This document shows, piece after piece, positions 39,326-48,331 of a stretch of 64,000 nucleotides of DNA. A program made the translations under genes and the position numbers. The DNA lies in the NCBI GenBank assembly GCA_017461545.1, contig JAFTXP010000014.1:8394-72393 (forward strand). The letters are read 5' to 3'. The notes beneath the pieces were generated by a model, which made no database searches, had not been told where the DNA came from, and worked only from the letters and a program-made list of their open reading frames with translations. The DNA is from Clostridia bacterium. Its GTDB lineage: Bacteria > Bacillota > Clostridia > UBA1212. Position 1 is the first letter of the stretch; every line of letters begins with the position of its first letter.

Positions 39326-40054
39326 TTACATTGCGATGCCGCCGTCCACACGAAGCACTTCGCCTGTTACATATTTGGCACCTACAAGATATGCCACCGC
39401 TTCTGCAACATCCTGCACTTCTCCCATCTTGCCGAGAGGAATCATTGAAAGAAGCGGATTTTCCGCATGAGATTCAGTCATATCTGATTTTATAAAACCC
39501 GGTGCAACCGCATTACAGCGTATTCCTTTGGATGCATATTCTTTTGCTACGGATTTTGTGAGACCGATGAGTCCTGCCTTTGAGGCGGAGTAATTGCTTT
39601 GTCCCACATTACCCATCAATCCTGATACTGAACTGATATTGACAATACAGCCTTCACTGCTGCGCAAAAACAGCGGAATACAATGTCTTATCATATTGAA
39701 AGAGCCTTTAAGATTTGTATCGATAACTTTATCAAAATCATCTTCTTTCATCATTACCACAAGGCCATCTTTTGTTATTCCGGCATTATTTATAAGAATC
39801 TGCGCAGAGCCGAAATCTTTTTTTATTTCCGAAACGGTTTTCTTTACTGCATCAAAGTCAGAAACATTGCAAACATATGCTCTTGCTTCAACTCCGAAAT
39901 CATCTTTGCACTGATTGCAGACATTTTCTGCCGCAACATTATTTCCGGCATATATTACTGCAACATTTGCTCCAAGCGATGCAAGTTTATATGTGACTGC
40001 CGCGCCGATTCCGCGCGAACCGCCTGTTATAATTGCTGTTTTTCCTTTTAACAT
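39326..40054 (-). CDS. fabG: 3-oxoacyl-ACP reductase
   Basis: TGGSRGIG, NNAGIT, YSASKAG SDR motifs. Confidence 0.9.
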   Translation of the reverse strand: MLKGKTAIITGGSRGIGAAVTYKLASLGANVAVIYAGNNVAAENVCNQCKDDFGVEARAYVCNVSDFDAVKKTVSEIKKDFGSAQILINNAGITKDGLVVMMKEDDFDKVIDTNLKGSFNMIRHCIPLFLRSSEGCIVNISSVSGLMGNVGQSNYSASKAGLIGLTKSVAKEYASKGIRCNAVAPGFIKSDMTESHAENPLLSMIPLGKMGEVQDVAEAVAYLVGAKYVTGEVLRVDGGIAM

Positions 40055-40956
40055 TCTGCCACCTCCGAAAGTATCACAGGAAGGTCGGAAACAGAATAAA
40101 CCTTAACTTCCGTATTGATTTTCTTTATCATATTTGTGAGTGTTCTGCCCGGACCGATTTCTATAAATGTATCAATTCCGTTTATAATCATGTTACGGAT
40201 CAGTTCCTCCCAACGCACCGGACTGCATATTTGTTTTGAGAGAAGTTCAACAACATCATTTGAATACGGTTCTGCTGTTTTGTTTGAATAAACAACTGTT
40301 TTGGCATTGTTAAATGTAACCTTTGAAAGCTCATCGGCAAATGCATCTGCTGCTTTTTCCATAAAAGGAGAATGAAAACCTCCTTTTACTTTAATCGGCA
40401 ATGCCCTGCCGCCTGCTTCTTTTACATCCGTATAAAAATCAGACATTTGTGAAGTAAGTCCCGCAACAGACACCTGACCGGGACAATTAAAGTTCACGGG
40501 ATAGACTGCTGAATATTTTGAACAAAGTTCTTTTACTTTTTCATTATCAAGTTTTAAAACAGCGGCCATTGAAGTATCGTATTTGTCTGCGGCATCCTGC
40601 ATCAATTCACCGCGTTTACATACAAGACGAAAACCTGTTTCAATATCCGTAATTCCGGCAAAAGCACAGGCAACAACTTCACCAAGTGAAAAACCGGCAA
40701 CGGCTTCAGGAACAATTCCTTTATCAACAAGAACATTTGCGGCCGCAAACTCCATTGCAAACAGGCACGGCTGAGTATTTTTTGTCTCTTTTAATTCTTC
40801 ATCTGTGCCTTCAAAACACTGCTTTGAAGTTATCGGACGAATTTTATCGCACAAATCAAATACTTCTTTTGCCTTTGTGTATTGTGCGCACAATTCTTTT
40901 CCCATACCGGGGAATTGGTCACCTTGACCGGAAAATACAAATGCTATTCTACCCAT
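40048..40956 (-). CDS. fabD: Malonyl-CoA:ACP transacylase
   Basis: AFVFSGQGDQFPGMG and GFSLGE active-site motif. Confidence 0.9.
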   Translation of the reverse strand: MGRIAFVFSGQGDQFPGMGKELCAQYTKAKEVFDLCDKIRPITSKQCFEGTDEELKETKNTQPCLFAMEFAAANVLVDKGIVPEAVAGFSLGEVVACAFAGITDIETGFRLVCKRGELMQDAADKYDTSMAAVLKLDNEKVKELCSKYSAVYPVNFNCPGQVSVAGLTSQMSDFYTDVKEAGGRALPIKVKGGFHSPFMEKAADAFADELSKVTFNNAKTVVYSNKTAEPYSNDVVELLSKQICSPVRWEELIRNMIINGIDTFIEIGPGRTLTNMIKKINTEVKVYSVSDLPVILSEVAEC

Positions 40957-41888
40957 GATATTGCACCTTTAAGGATAGGCTCTGCCTCATCCATTATTTC
41001 CTTTACAATTTCTGCAGCAGGTTGTTCTTTCTTTACCATTGCAGCAATCTGTCCTGAAAGGAAACATCCTTTTTCTATGTCTCCCTCTACAACAGCAAGA
41101 CGAAGAGCTCCCACTGCGAGGTTTTCTAACTCTTCATCCGGCATTCCGCCGTATTCTGCTTTAGAATAATTCTGTGCAAATATTGTACGCAGGCTTCTAA
41201 CAGGGTGACCAAGTCGTTTACCCGTGACCATAGTACAAAGATCATTTGCCTTTAATATCTTCTCCTTATATACAGGATGAATTGAACACTCAACAGCAGA
41301 AAGAAAACGCGTTCCAAGCTGAACACCTTGCGCGCCGAGCATAAAAGCTGCCGCAACACCTCGGCCATCAGCAATACCGCCTGCAGCAATTACAGGGAGT
41401 TCCGTAGCATCACATACCTGAGGTACCAGTACAATTGTTGTAAGCTCACCCACATGTCCTCCGCTCTCTCCGCCTTCTGCAATCAATGCGGTTGCACCGA
41501 GACGCTGCATAAGTTTAGCCATAGCAACGGATGCTACAACCGGAATCACCTTAATATCGGCATCTTTCCAATTCTTCATATATTTAGAAGGATTTCCGGC
41601 ACCGGTTGTTACAACATCAACCTTTTCTTCTATTACAACTGATGCAACTTCATCCGCATAAGGACTCATTAGCATGATGTTTACACCGATGGGTTTTTGT
41701 GTAAGCGATTTGGCAATTCTTATCTGTTCGCGCACATACTCTGCAGGTGCGTTGCCGGCTGCAATAATTCCGAGTCCACCGCCTTCGGAAACAGCAGCCG
41801 CCAATTTACCGTCTGCAATCCAAGCCATACCGCCCTGAAATACAGGGTATTTAATCCCCAATATATCGCAGATTTTTGATTTAATCAT
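40944..41888 (-). CDS. fabK: Enoyl-ACP reductase II (FMN-dependent, nitronate monooxygenase family)
   Basis: ILGIKYPVFQGGMAWI, VIAAGGIADGRG. Lies between acpP and fabD, as in FabK-type clusters. Confidence 0.85.
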   Translation of the reverse strand: MIKSKICDILGIKYPVFQGGMAWIADGKLAAAVSEGGGLGIIAAGNAPAEYVREQIRIAKSLTQKPIGVNIMLMSPYADEVASVVIEEKVDVVTTGAGNPSKYMKNWKDADIKVIPVVASVAMAKLMQRLGATALIAEGGESGGHVGELTTIVLVPQVCDATELPVIAAGGIADGRGVAAAFMLGAQGVQLGTRFLSAVECSIHPVYKEKILKANDLCTMVTGKRLGHPVRSLRTIFAQNYSKAEYGGMPDEELENLAVGALRLAVVEGDIEKGCFLSGQIAAMVKKEQPAAEIVKEIMDEAEPILKGAISWVE

Positions 41889-41891
41889 AGC

Positions 41892-42116
41892 TTAACCCTG
41901 AACCTTACTCTGGATAAACTTATCAAGATCAGCTACAGTTTCGACCTTCTGGTCAAGCTCAATCTCAACTCCGATTTCGTCTTCAAGACTCATAAGAAGA
42001 TCAACTGTGTCAAGAGAGTCAATACCGAGCTCTGTAAATGTGTTTTCGGGCTTAATGTCAGCAACATCACGGCCTGTTCTTTCTGAAATAACTTTTGCAA
42101 TAGCATCAAAATACAT
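41892..42116 (-). CDS. acpP: Acyl carrier protein
   Basis: LGIDSLDTVDLLMSLE phosphopantetheine site. ATG at 42116 lies 10 nt after GGAGG; the longer track ORF is rejected. Confidence 0.9.
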   Translation of the reverse strand: MYFDAIAKVISERTGRDVADIKPENTFTELGIDSLDTVDLLMSLEDEIGVEIELDQKVETVADLDKFIQSKVQG

Positions 42117-42241
42117 GGTAAAAATACCTCCATAAATTTTTGTACAATACATTTTTACAATATGCATTGTTTATTCGTTCAAATTATAAACATTGCCTGT
42201 TCCTGTTCTGTTCCGCGAAAGTTCCATCTTCGTTCCAAGGT

Positions 42242-42290
42242 AAAAAAAGATTATGCGGCCGTTGCAGAACGACCGCATAATCTTTTTTTC
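42242..42290 (-). terminator. Terminator after the SNF2 helicase gene (A-run/T-run flanked, bidirectional in form)
   Basis: AAGATTATGCGG ... CCGCATAATCTT stem, flanked by AAAAAAA and TTTTTTT. Confidence 0.7.
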
Positions 42291-42292
42291 CT

Positions 42293-44434
42293 TTATATTT
42301 TTTGTAACCGATTCTTTTCCGCCTCAATCATGTTCGAAATCCACGCCTGTTCGCTCGGTTTCAACGATTCCGTACCGACTACAGATTCATCAGCAAAATT
42401 ATCAAATAAATCTTGCTTGTTCCGCAGTATTTCCATAATTTGCTCATCAATTGTATCATCTGCCAACAGACGATATACAAGTACATCCCTGACCTGTCCC
42501 ATTCGGTATGCACGTGAAATAGCTTGGTTTTCAATCGACGGTTTGATCTGCGGCTCGCAAAAAATTATAACACTTGCACTTTGAATATTAAGACCTGTTC
42601 CGCCGGCTTGTACCTGACTTACCAGTACAGCGCCATCCTCTGCCTTTGAAAACTCATCGACAATCTCTTGTCTCCGCTGTGGAGATATAGAACCGGTAAT
42701 CGGTTCCATGCATCGATCTCCCAGAAGTTGAGTTACTTTTTGTAATGTTGTACGAAAAAAGGAGAAAACTATAACTTTCCTTTTCTGTTCCTTTGCTTGT
42801 TCGCATAATTCAAGAAGTCTAACAGCCTTTGCCGATGTATTTAAATCATCTACTTGCCAGGACACCTGGCGTATTGCCATGAAATTCCCTGACATAACTG
42901 CATCGTAATATGCTGTCTGTTCCTGTTTACTCAGTACACACCATTGTTCCTTTTCAATCAAATCAGGCAATTCCTGCAGAACATCATCTCTTGTACGGCG
43001 CAAGTAAACCGGTGCAAGCTGCTGCCTGAATTGCTCTGCCGTAGAAATATATTTAACATCTTCCAGCTGTTTTGCAATTTCCGGCTGAAGACAACTTACA
43101 AGGAAACACATTTCCTCAACACGATTCTCTAAAGGAGTACCTGACATAAAAAGTATATATTCTGTTTTTTGAAGCAACTTAATCAATGCTTTAGTACGTT
43201 GCGTCTCAGGATTTTTTGCATATTGTGCTTCATCTGTAACCACCATAGAAATCCGGAATTTCTCAGGTAATTGGAAACGGCTGATTGATTCATATGTAGT
43301 AACCGCAACATCACCGTTCTCACGCCAGTGAAGCAGCGCTTCTTCGTCATTGCCATGAACTTTAGTCACTTCAAGAGTGCTGTGCTTCTGAATTTCACGG
43401 CACCAGTTAATCAGGACACTGGCAGGGCAAACAACCATAAAATGCGTCTTTCCTTCTGCTTTAAGTGCCGCCATAGATGCAATTGCCTGAATAGTTTTTC
43501 CAAGTCCCATTTCATCTCCAAGTAACGTTTTTTGCTGATGAACTATATATTTTGTTCCAAAAGTCTGATAATTTCGTAATGTGGCTTTCATATACTGTAG
43601 ATCCAAGGAATGCGCCTCAATTTCCGCAGCAAGCTGTGCCGGCAAACCGCCGGGAGTTGTATCTTGCTTTTCCCATGACAGTTCCAGATTTTCTAATTCA
43701 GCGTAATAGTTTGATGCATTCTGCTTATAATCTGCCCAATATGCGGTCGGTGTAACCTTTTCTACCTGTTCCCAGGAGTTTAAAAGAGTACCGTTTCCAA
43801 AGTCACCTGACAGCCGTGAAGTCAAACTTTCTATACCGTTAAGAATCTGTTCCTTTTTTGACCGTGATCTGAACAGCCAACCAAACCCATTCAGGCTTTT
43901 CTTCGCTATGAGAATCTCCTGCTGCACATTTACATGGTTTTCATTATAGAGATTGATGCATTGTTCACGCAACGAACGGGAGTGGATTATAACATACAGA
44001 GAACGTATCAGCGCATTGTCCGTTTCTCCCGGATTTTCAACACGAATATGTACGCGAATTGATTCTTTGGTGTTTTTAGTAATCTGATCAATGATTTCAC
44101 GAATCTTACCTGCAGACTGCTCTCCGAGCCCGTCAATATCACATATCTGTGAAAAGGTCAGCTTTGATGCTTGATATACGTTTTGAATACCTGCATCCCG
44201 AAGCAGTGAAACACGTATTCCCTGTTTTGCTCTATTTATGTGTTCTATATCCATTGATTCCAGTTCTGATCGCACACGCTCATCAAAAAGATTTTGAGCA
44301 GCTTCCTGTGCTGTGCTTCGCTGAATATGTTCTGATTCTATAATTTCACGCAGCCGTGCATCAATACGGGCGGCATTCTCGATCATAGATTTTATTTTAT
44401 TAGAATTAGGACGATTTAACTTTTCATTTGCCAT
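42293..44434 (-). CDS. SNF2-family helicase/translocase with a ~290-aa N-terminal extension
   Basis: Motif I LGDEMGLGKT, motif II TDEAQYAKN, C-terminal helicase motifs (VSQVQAGGTGLNIQ, QAISRAYRMGQ). The N-terminal part contains an HhH-like DIDGLGEQSAGKIREII. Confidence 0.8.
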   Translation of the reverse strand: MANEKLNRPNSNKIKSMIENAARIDARLREIIESEHIQRSTAQEAAQNLFDERVRSELESMDIEHINRAKQGIRVSLLRDAGIQNVYQASKLTFSQICDIDGLGEQSAGKIREIIDQITKNTKESIRVHIRVENPGETDNALIRSLYVIIHSRSLREQCINLYNENHVNVQQEILIAKKSLNGFGWLFRSRSKKEQILNGIESLTSRLSGDFGNGTLLNSWEQVEKVTPTAYWADYKQNASNYYAELENLELSWEKQDTTPGGLPAQLAAEIEAHSLDLQYMKATLRNYQTFGTKYIVHQQKTLLGDEMGLGKTIQAIASMAALKAEGKTHFMVVCPASVLINWCREIQKHSTLEVTKVHGNDEEALLHWRENGDVAVTTYESISRFQLPEKFRISMVVTDEAQYAKNPETQRTKALIKLLQKTEYILFMSGTPLENRVEEMCFLVSCLQPEIAKQLEDVKYISTAEQFRQQLAPVYLRRTRDDVLQELPDLIEKEQWCVLSKQEQTAYYDAVMSGNFMAIRQVSWQVDDLNTSAKAVRLLELCEQAKEQKRKVIVFSFFRTTLQKVTQLLGDRCMEPITGSISPQRRQEIVDEFSKAEDGAVLVSQVQAGGTGLNIQSASVIIFCEPQIKPSIENQAISRAYRMGQVRDVLVYRLLADDTIDEQIMEILRNKQDLFDNFADESVVGTESLKPSEQAWISNMIEAEKNRLQKI

Positions 44435-44813
44435 TAATTATACCAACTTTCTATTGATAATTATTTATTATACATCATAAATCGCTTTACGATATGCTTT
44501 CATTCTATCACTATCTCTTTGCAAAAAAATCGCATTAATGATATATGATTTTTATAGAGCGACAGAGATGATAAAATAACGTAAAAATTGCTATATTGAG
44601 CACAAAAACGACAATTCTGAACGAAAACACTCATTTTCCGAACAGTAAAAAAACATAGAGTCGGTATAAGAAGAAAAGAAGTTTGAATCATACTGATTTC
44701 AAAGCAAGAAATAATAAAAATAAAAATTGCGATAATCAGAACGACAAATGCAATGATTATTCAGTATCTTGAAAGTTTATTTAATCAAAAAATCATAAGG
44801 GGACTTGATAATA

Positions 44814-45128
44814 CTAACACATTAACAAATGTATCATCACATAACCTTTTTCCATCTCTTGGTAGCCAGGAACATCTATTACAATGTTTTTTCCCGGCAC
44901 TTTATATGAGTATGAGAAAGTAATCTCGTCGGAATCTTTATCTTCTCCCGGCGTATCTTCAACAACCGATTCAGTATTTATCGGTGCAGAAGTTTGTTCA
45001 TTTACTGCGCTTTCAGACACAATATCTGTTGCTTCACCTCCGCATGATACAAGAACTGCTGAAAGTATCATTAATATTAAAAGTAAAACAAATCTCTCCT
45101 TAATAACCTTTTGTAGATTTATATTCAA
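44814..45128 (-). CDS. Small lipoprotein-like ORF, possibly a gene fragment
   Basis: Lipobox AVLVSCGG. Only 104 aa, followed by ~380 bp without a convincing ORF. Confidence 0.3.
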   Translation of the reverse strand: MNINLQKVIKERFVLLLILMILSAVLVSCGGEATDIVSESAVNEQTSAPINTESVVEDTPGEDKDSDEITFSYSYKVPGKNIVIDVPGYQEMEKGYVMIHLLMC

Positions 45129-45306
45129 ATGTATACCATTTTTGATTGTCAGACGGATTTTCTTTTAACTGCTCTTTTAAAACAGAACTTTATTATAATA
45201 ATACCCAAACTATATAAAAGTCTATAAATCACAGCAAAATGTTACAAAATTAAAATGGATTCAATAATTTTCAACAAATTTCGATATCATATATAAATAT
45301 ATGCAA

Positions 45307-45341
45307 AGTCCCAAGCGAGTAAAATACACTCGCTTGGGACT
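45307..45341. other. Perfect 14-bp inverted repeat (stem-loop)
   Basis: AGTCCCAAGCGAGT - AAAATAC - ACTCGCTTGGGACT. Confidence 0.6.
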
Positions 45342-45413
45342 TCAGAGTTCGAATGATACTAAGATAATAGTGTTGAATTTTGGTATCATTCTTACAACAT
45401 TATGCAACAAAAA

Positions 45414-45450
45414 AACGCCGATTTTTCGAACTTTCAGAAAAATCGGCGTT
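45414..45450 (-). terminator. Second rho-independent terminator downstream of the 45507-46016 gene
   Basis: AACGCCGATTTTT / AAAAATCGGCGTT 13-bp stem. On the - strand it is followed by TTTTTGTT. Confidence 0.65.
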
Positions 45451-45465
45451 ACATAATTTATAAAA

Positions 45466-45490
45466 AAAGGACACATATTATGTGTCCTTT
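45466..45490 (-). terminator. Terminator directly after the 45507-46016 gene
   Basis: AAAGGACACA / TGTGTCCTTT stem. On the - strand it is followed by TTTTTTT. Confidence 0.7.
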
Positions 45491-45506
45491 AAAAACAAAA
45501 AAACTA

Positions 45507-46016
45507 TTATGCCTGAGGATTATTGTTGTTATTTTTCTTAGAAATAACTTTATTAAGTACTCCATCAGCAATCGGTAACTTAATCGCATCATTCTTAATA
45601 AGTGAAATAGCACCTATAACTAACAAAACAAGGAAGAATATATCTTCTGCTGTGTCAAGAAAATCAAATGATTTATTTAAGAATTCGATAAATTTAGAAA
45701 GACCGGATTCTCTGCTTGTAATGTAAGAATAATCATCAGTAATTAAATCATTAATAAAAGTAAAGAAACCAACAATAAGCTTACTTGATAAGCTCAACGC
45801 AACACCAAAAATCAAATCAAAAACATAAAGTAAGCTGATCTTCATTGTATTTGCTGCTAAAACTTCATCAGAAATCTTATAAATAGCTCCAACTATTAAA
45901 ATCAACAAAAATGGTGTTATGTATCCGAGATATGCAAACAAGAGCATAATGGCACTGATAATAGCAATTGGTAAAGAAACGCCTAAAATGTCAACAGTTC
46001 TTCTCAAAAAAATCAC
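45507..46016 (-). CDS. Hypothetical integral membrane protein
   Basis: 169 aa with four hydrophobic helices. No recognisable family. Confidence 0.5.
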   Translation of the reverse strand: MIFLRRTVDILGVSLPIAIISAIMLLFAYLGYITPFLLILIVGAIYKISDEVLAANTMKISLLYVFDLIFGVALSLSSKLIVGFFTFINDLITDDYSYITSRESGLSKFIEFLNKSFDFLDTAEDIFFLVLLVIGAISLIKNDAIKLPIADGVLNKVISKKNNNNNPQA

Positions 46017-46074
46017 TCCTAAAAATATTAAAAATAAAAAAGTGAAAACGCAATTATTCGCATTTTCACTTTAG

Positions 46075-46149
46075 GGTGGCTGATGGGATTCGAACCCACG
46101 ACCCCCAGGGCCACAACCTGGTACTCTAACCAACTGAGCTACAGCCACC
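46075..46149 (-). tRNA. tRNA-His (anticodon GUG) with encoded G-1
   Basis: Reverse complement is GGTGGCTGTAGCTCAGTTGGTTAGAG...CCAGGTTGTGGCCCTGG...GGGTTCGAATCCCATCAGCCACC. The anticodon loop is TTGTGGC. Confidence 0.9.
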
Positions 46150-46360
46150 ACAACCTTATGCATTATAACAACTGATAGGTGGCTTGTCAATAATTAAATT
46201 GTGTTAAAATTTTTATTTTGTAAACCATTTATGATAATGTCCCAAGTGTTTAAAAGTGAAAATGTCCCGTTTCGCTTTTGGAATACTTTTGATTAACATC
46301 TCATACGATAAATAAAAAAACAAGCCTTCGCACGTTATGCGAAGGCTTGGCTGCAACAAA

Positions 46361-48298
46361 TTACAGTTTCTTTGTATCAATCTCTTCTGTAATCATATCA
46401 ATAAATTCATCGATAGTCATTACAGTGTTTTCGCCTGTCTTACGGCATCGGACACTGAGCTTGCCCTCTTCCATTTCCTTGTCACCGGCAACAACCATGT
46501 AAGGAACTTTTTCAAGCTGGGCCTCACGTATTCTGTATCCGATTTTTTCGTTTCTGTCATCAAGCTCTGCTCTGATTCCTTTGTCACGGAGTTTTCTGTA
46601 TACTTCCGCACAGTAATCAGCCTGCTTGTCAATAATCGGAAGAACTCTTACCTGCTCAGGTGCAAGCCATGTCGGGAATGCGCCCGCATACTTCTCAATA
46701 AGAAGCGCGAGAGTTCTCTCGTAGCAACCGATTGATGTTCTGTGAATGATATACGGATTCTTCTTTGTACCATCTCTGTCAGTGTATTCCATTCCAAACT
46801 TTTCAGCAAGAAGCTGGTCAATCTGAAGAGTTATCAAAGTATCTTCTTTACCATGTACGTTCTTTATCTGAATATCAAGCTTCGGACCGTAGAATGCAGC
46901 TTCGCCGACACCGACTTTGTAAGGAATTTCAAGATGATCAAGAATCTTTTTCATGATGCCTTGAGCTTCATCCCACTGCTCTGTTGTTCCGATATATTTT
47001 TCACGGTTATCGGGATCCCACTGTGAAAATCTGTATGAAACATCTTCATACAAACCAAGTGTTTTAAGCATATATATTGCAAGTTCCAAACAGCCCTTAA
47101 ATTCTTCCTCGAGTTGCTCGGGCAAACACATGAGATGTCCCTCGGATATTGTGAACTGACGGACACGTATCAAGCCGTGCATTTCGCCGCTATCTTCATT
47201 TCTGAAAAGTGTCGAAGTTTCATTATAGCGGAGAGGGAGGTCTCTATACGACCTTGCTCTGTTTAAGTATGCCTGATACTGGAACGGACATGTCATAGGA
47301 CGGAGTGCAAAACACTCTTTTGTTTCATCATGAGGATCGCCCAATACAAACATTCCGTCAAGGTAGTGATCCCAGTGACCGGAAAGCTTGTAAAGCTCTC
47401 TCTTAGCCATATAAGGAGTCTTTGTGAGAAGCCAGCCACGCTTTGCCTCTTCATCCTCAACAAATCTCTGAAGTGTCTGAATAATTTTAGCACCTTTCGG
47501 AAGCAGAATCGGAAGACCCTGACCTATAACGTCAACAGTTGTAAAAATTTCAAGCTCTCTGCCGAGTTTGTTGTGGTCACGTTTTTTGGCTTCTTCAATT
47601 CTTTCCAAATGTTCGGCAAGCATCTTCTTATCGGGAAAAGCTGTTGCATAAATACGCTGGAGCATTTTATTCTTTTCGCTGCCTCTCCAATATGCGCCGG
47701 CAACCTGTGTAATCTTGAACGCTTTGATTTTTCCGGTTGACTCAAGGTGAGGACCGGCACAGAGATCTACAAAATCTCCCTGTTTGTAGAAAGAAATAAT
47801 TGAATCCTCAGGAAGGTCGTTTATAAGCTCAACTTTATAAGGTTCATTACGTTCTTCCATAAATTTTATTGCTTCATTTCTGGGAAGTTCAAATCTTTCA
47901 AGAGCAATTTTCTCTTTAACGATTTTCTTCATCTCTTCTTCAATTTTTACAATAATATCGGCAGTAAATGTAACTTCAGAGTCAAAGTCATAATAGAATC
48001 CGTCATCGATAGCAGGTCCAATTGCAAGTTTTACATCAGGGTAAAGTCTTTTAACAGCCTGTGCAAGCACATGCGATGCTGTATGTCTGAATACTTTTCT
48101 GCCTTCCTCATCATTAAATGTCAATATCGACAGGCTGCAATCCTTATCAATAACATAAGTCATGTCAACGACTTCTCCGTCAACAAGTCCGCCGCATGCA
48201 GCTCTTGACAATCCCTCGCTTATGGAAAGAGCAACTTCAAAAACTGTCATCGGGCTGTCGATAACTTTTACCGAACCGTCTTTAAGTGTAATATTCAT
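46361..48298 (-). CDS. thrS: Threonine-tRNA ligase
   Basis: TGS/editing/class II core pattern (HTASHVLAQAV, FRNEDSGEMHGLIRVRQFT, GAFPTWLAP). Confidence 0.95.
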   Translation of the reverse strand: MNITLKDGSVKVIDSPMTVFEVALSISEGLSRAACGGLVDGEVVDMTYVIDKDCSLSILTFNDEEGRKVFRHTASHVLAQAVKRLYPDVKLAIGPAIDDGFYYDFDSEVTFTADIIVKIEEEMKKIVKEKIALERFELPRNEAIKFMEERNEPYKVELINDLPEDSIISFYKQGDFVDLCAGPHLESTGKIKAFKITQVAGAYWRGSEKNKMLQRIYATAFPDKKMLAEHLERIEEAKKRDHNKLGRELEIFTTVDVIGQGLPILLPKGAKIIQTLQRFVEDEEAKRGWLLTKTPYMAKRELYKLSGHWDHYLDGMFVLGDPHDETKECFALRPMTCPFQYQAYLNRARSYRDLPLRYNETSTLFRNEDSGEMHGLIRVRQFTISEGHLMCLPEQLEEEFKGCLELAIYMLKTLGLYEDVSYRFSQWDPDNREKYIGTTEQWDEAQGIMKKILDHLEIPYKVGVGEAAFYGPKLDIQIKNVHGKEDTLITLQIDQLLAEKFGMEYTDRDGTKKNPYIIHRTSIGCYERTLALLIEKYAGAFPTWLAPEQVRVLPIIDKQADYCAEVYRKLRDKGIRAELDDRNEKIGYRIREAQLEKVPYMVVAGDKEMEEGKLSVRCRKTGENTVMTIDEFIDMITEEIDTKKL

Positions 48299-48331
48299 AG
48301 CAATATCTCCTTAAATAAAATTTTACATATA

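Noticed and set aside
42162-42584. 140-aa plus-strand ORF spanning the acpP promoter region and the 3' end of the SNF2 gene
   Set aside because: It crosses a strong bidirectional terminator and is antisense to the helicase. It has no RBS or family resemblance.
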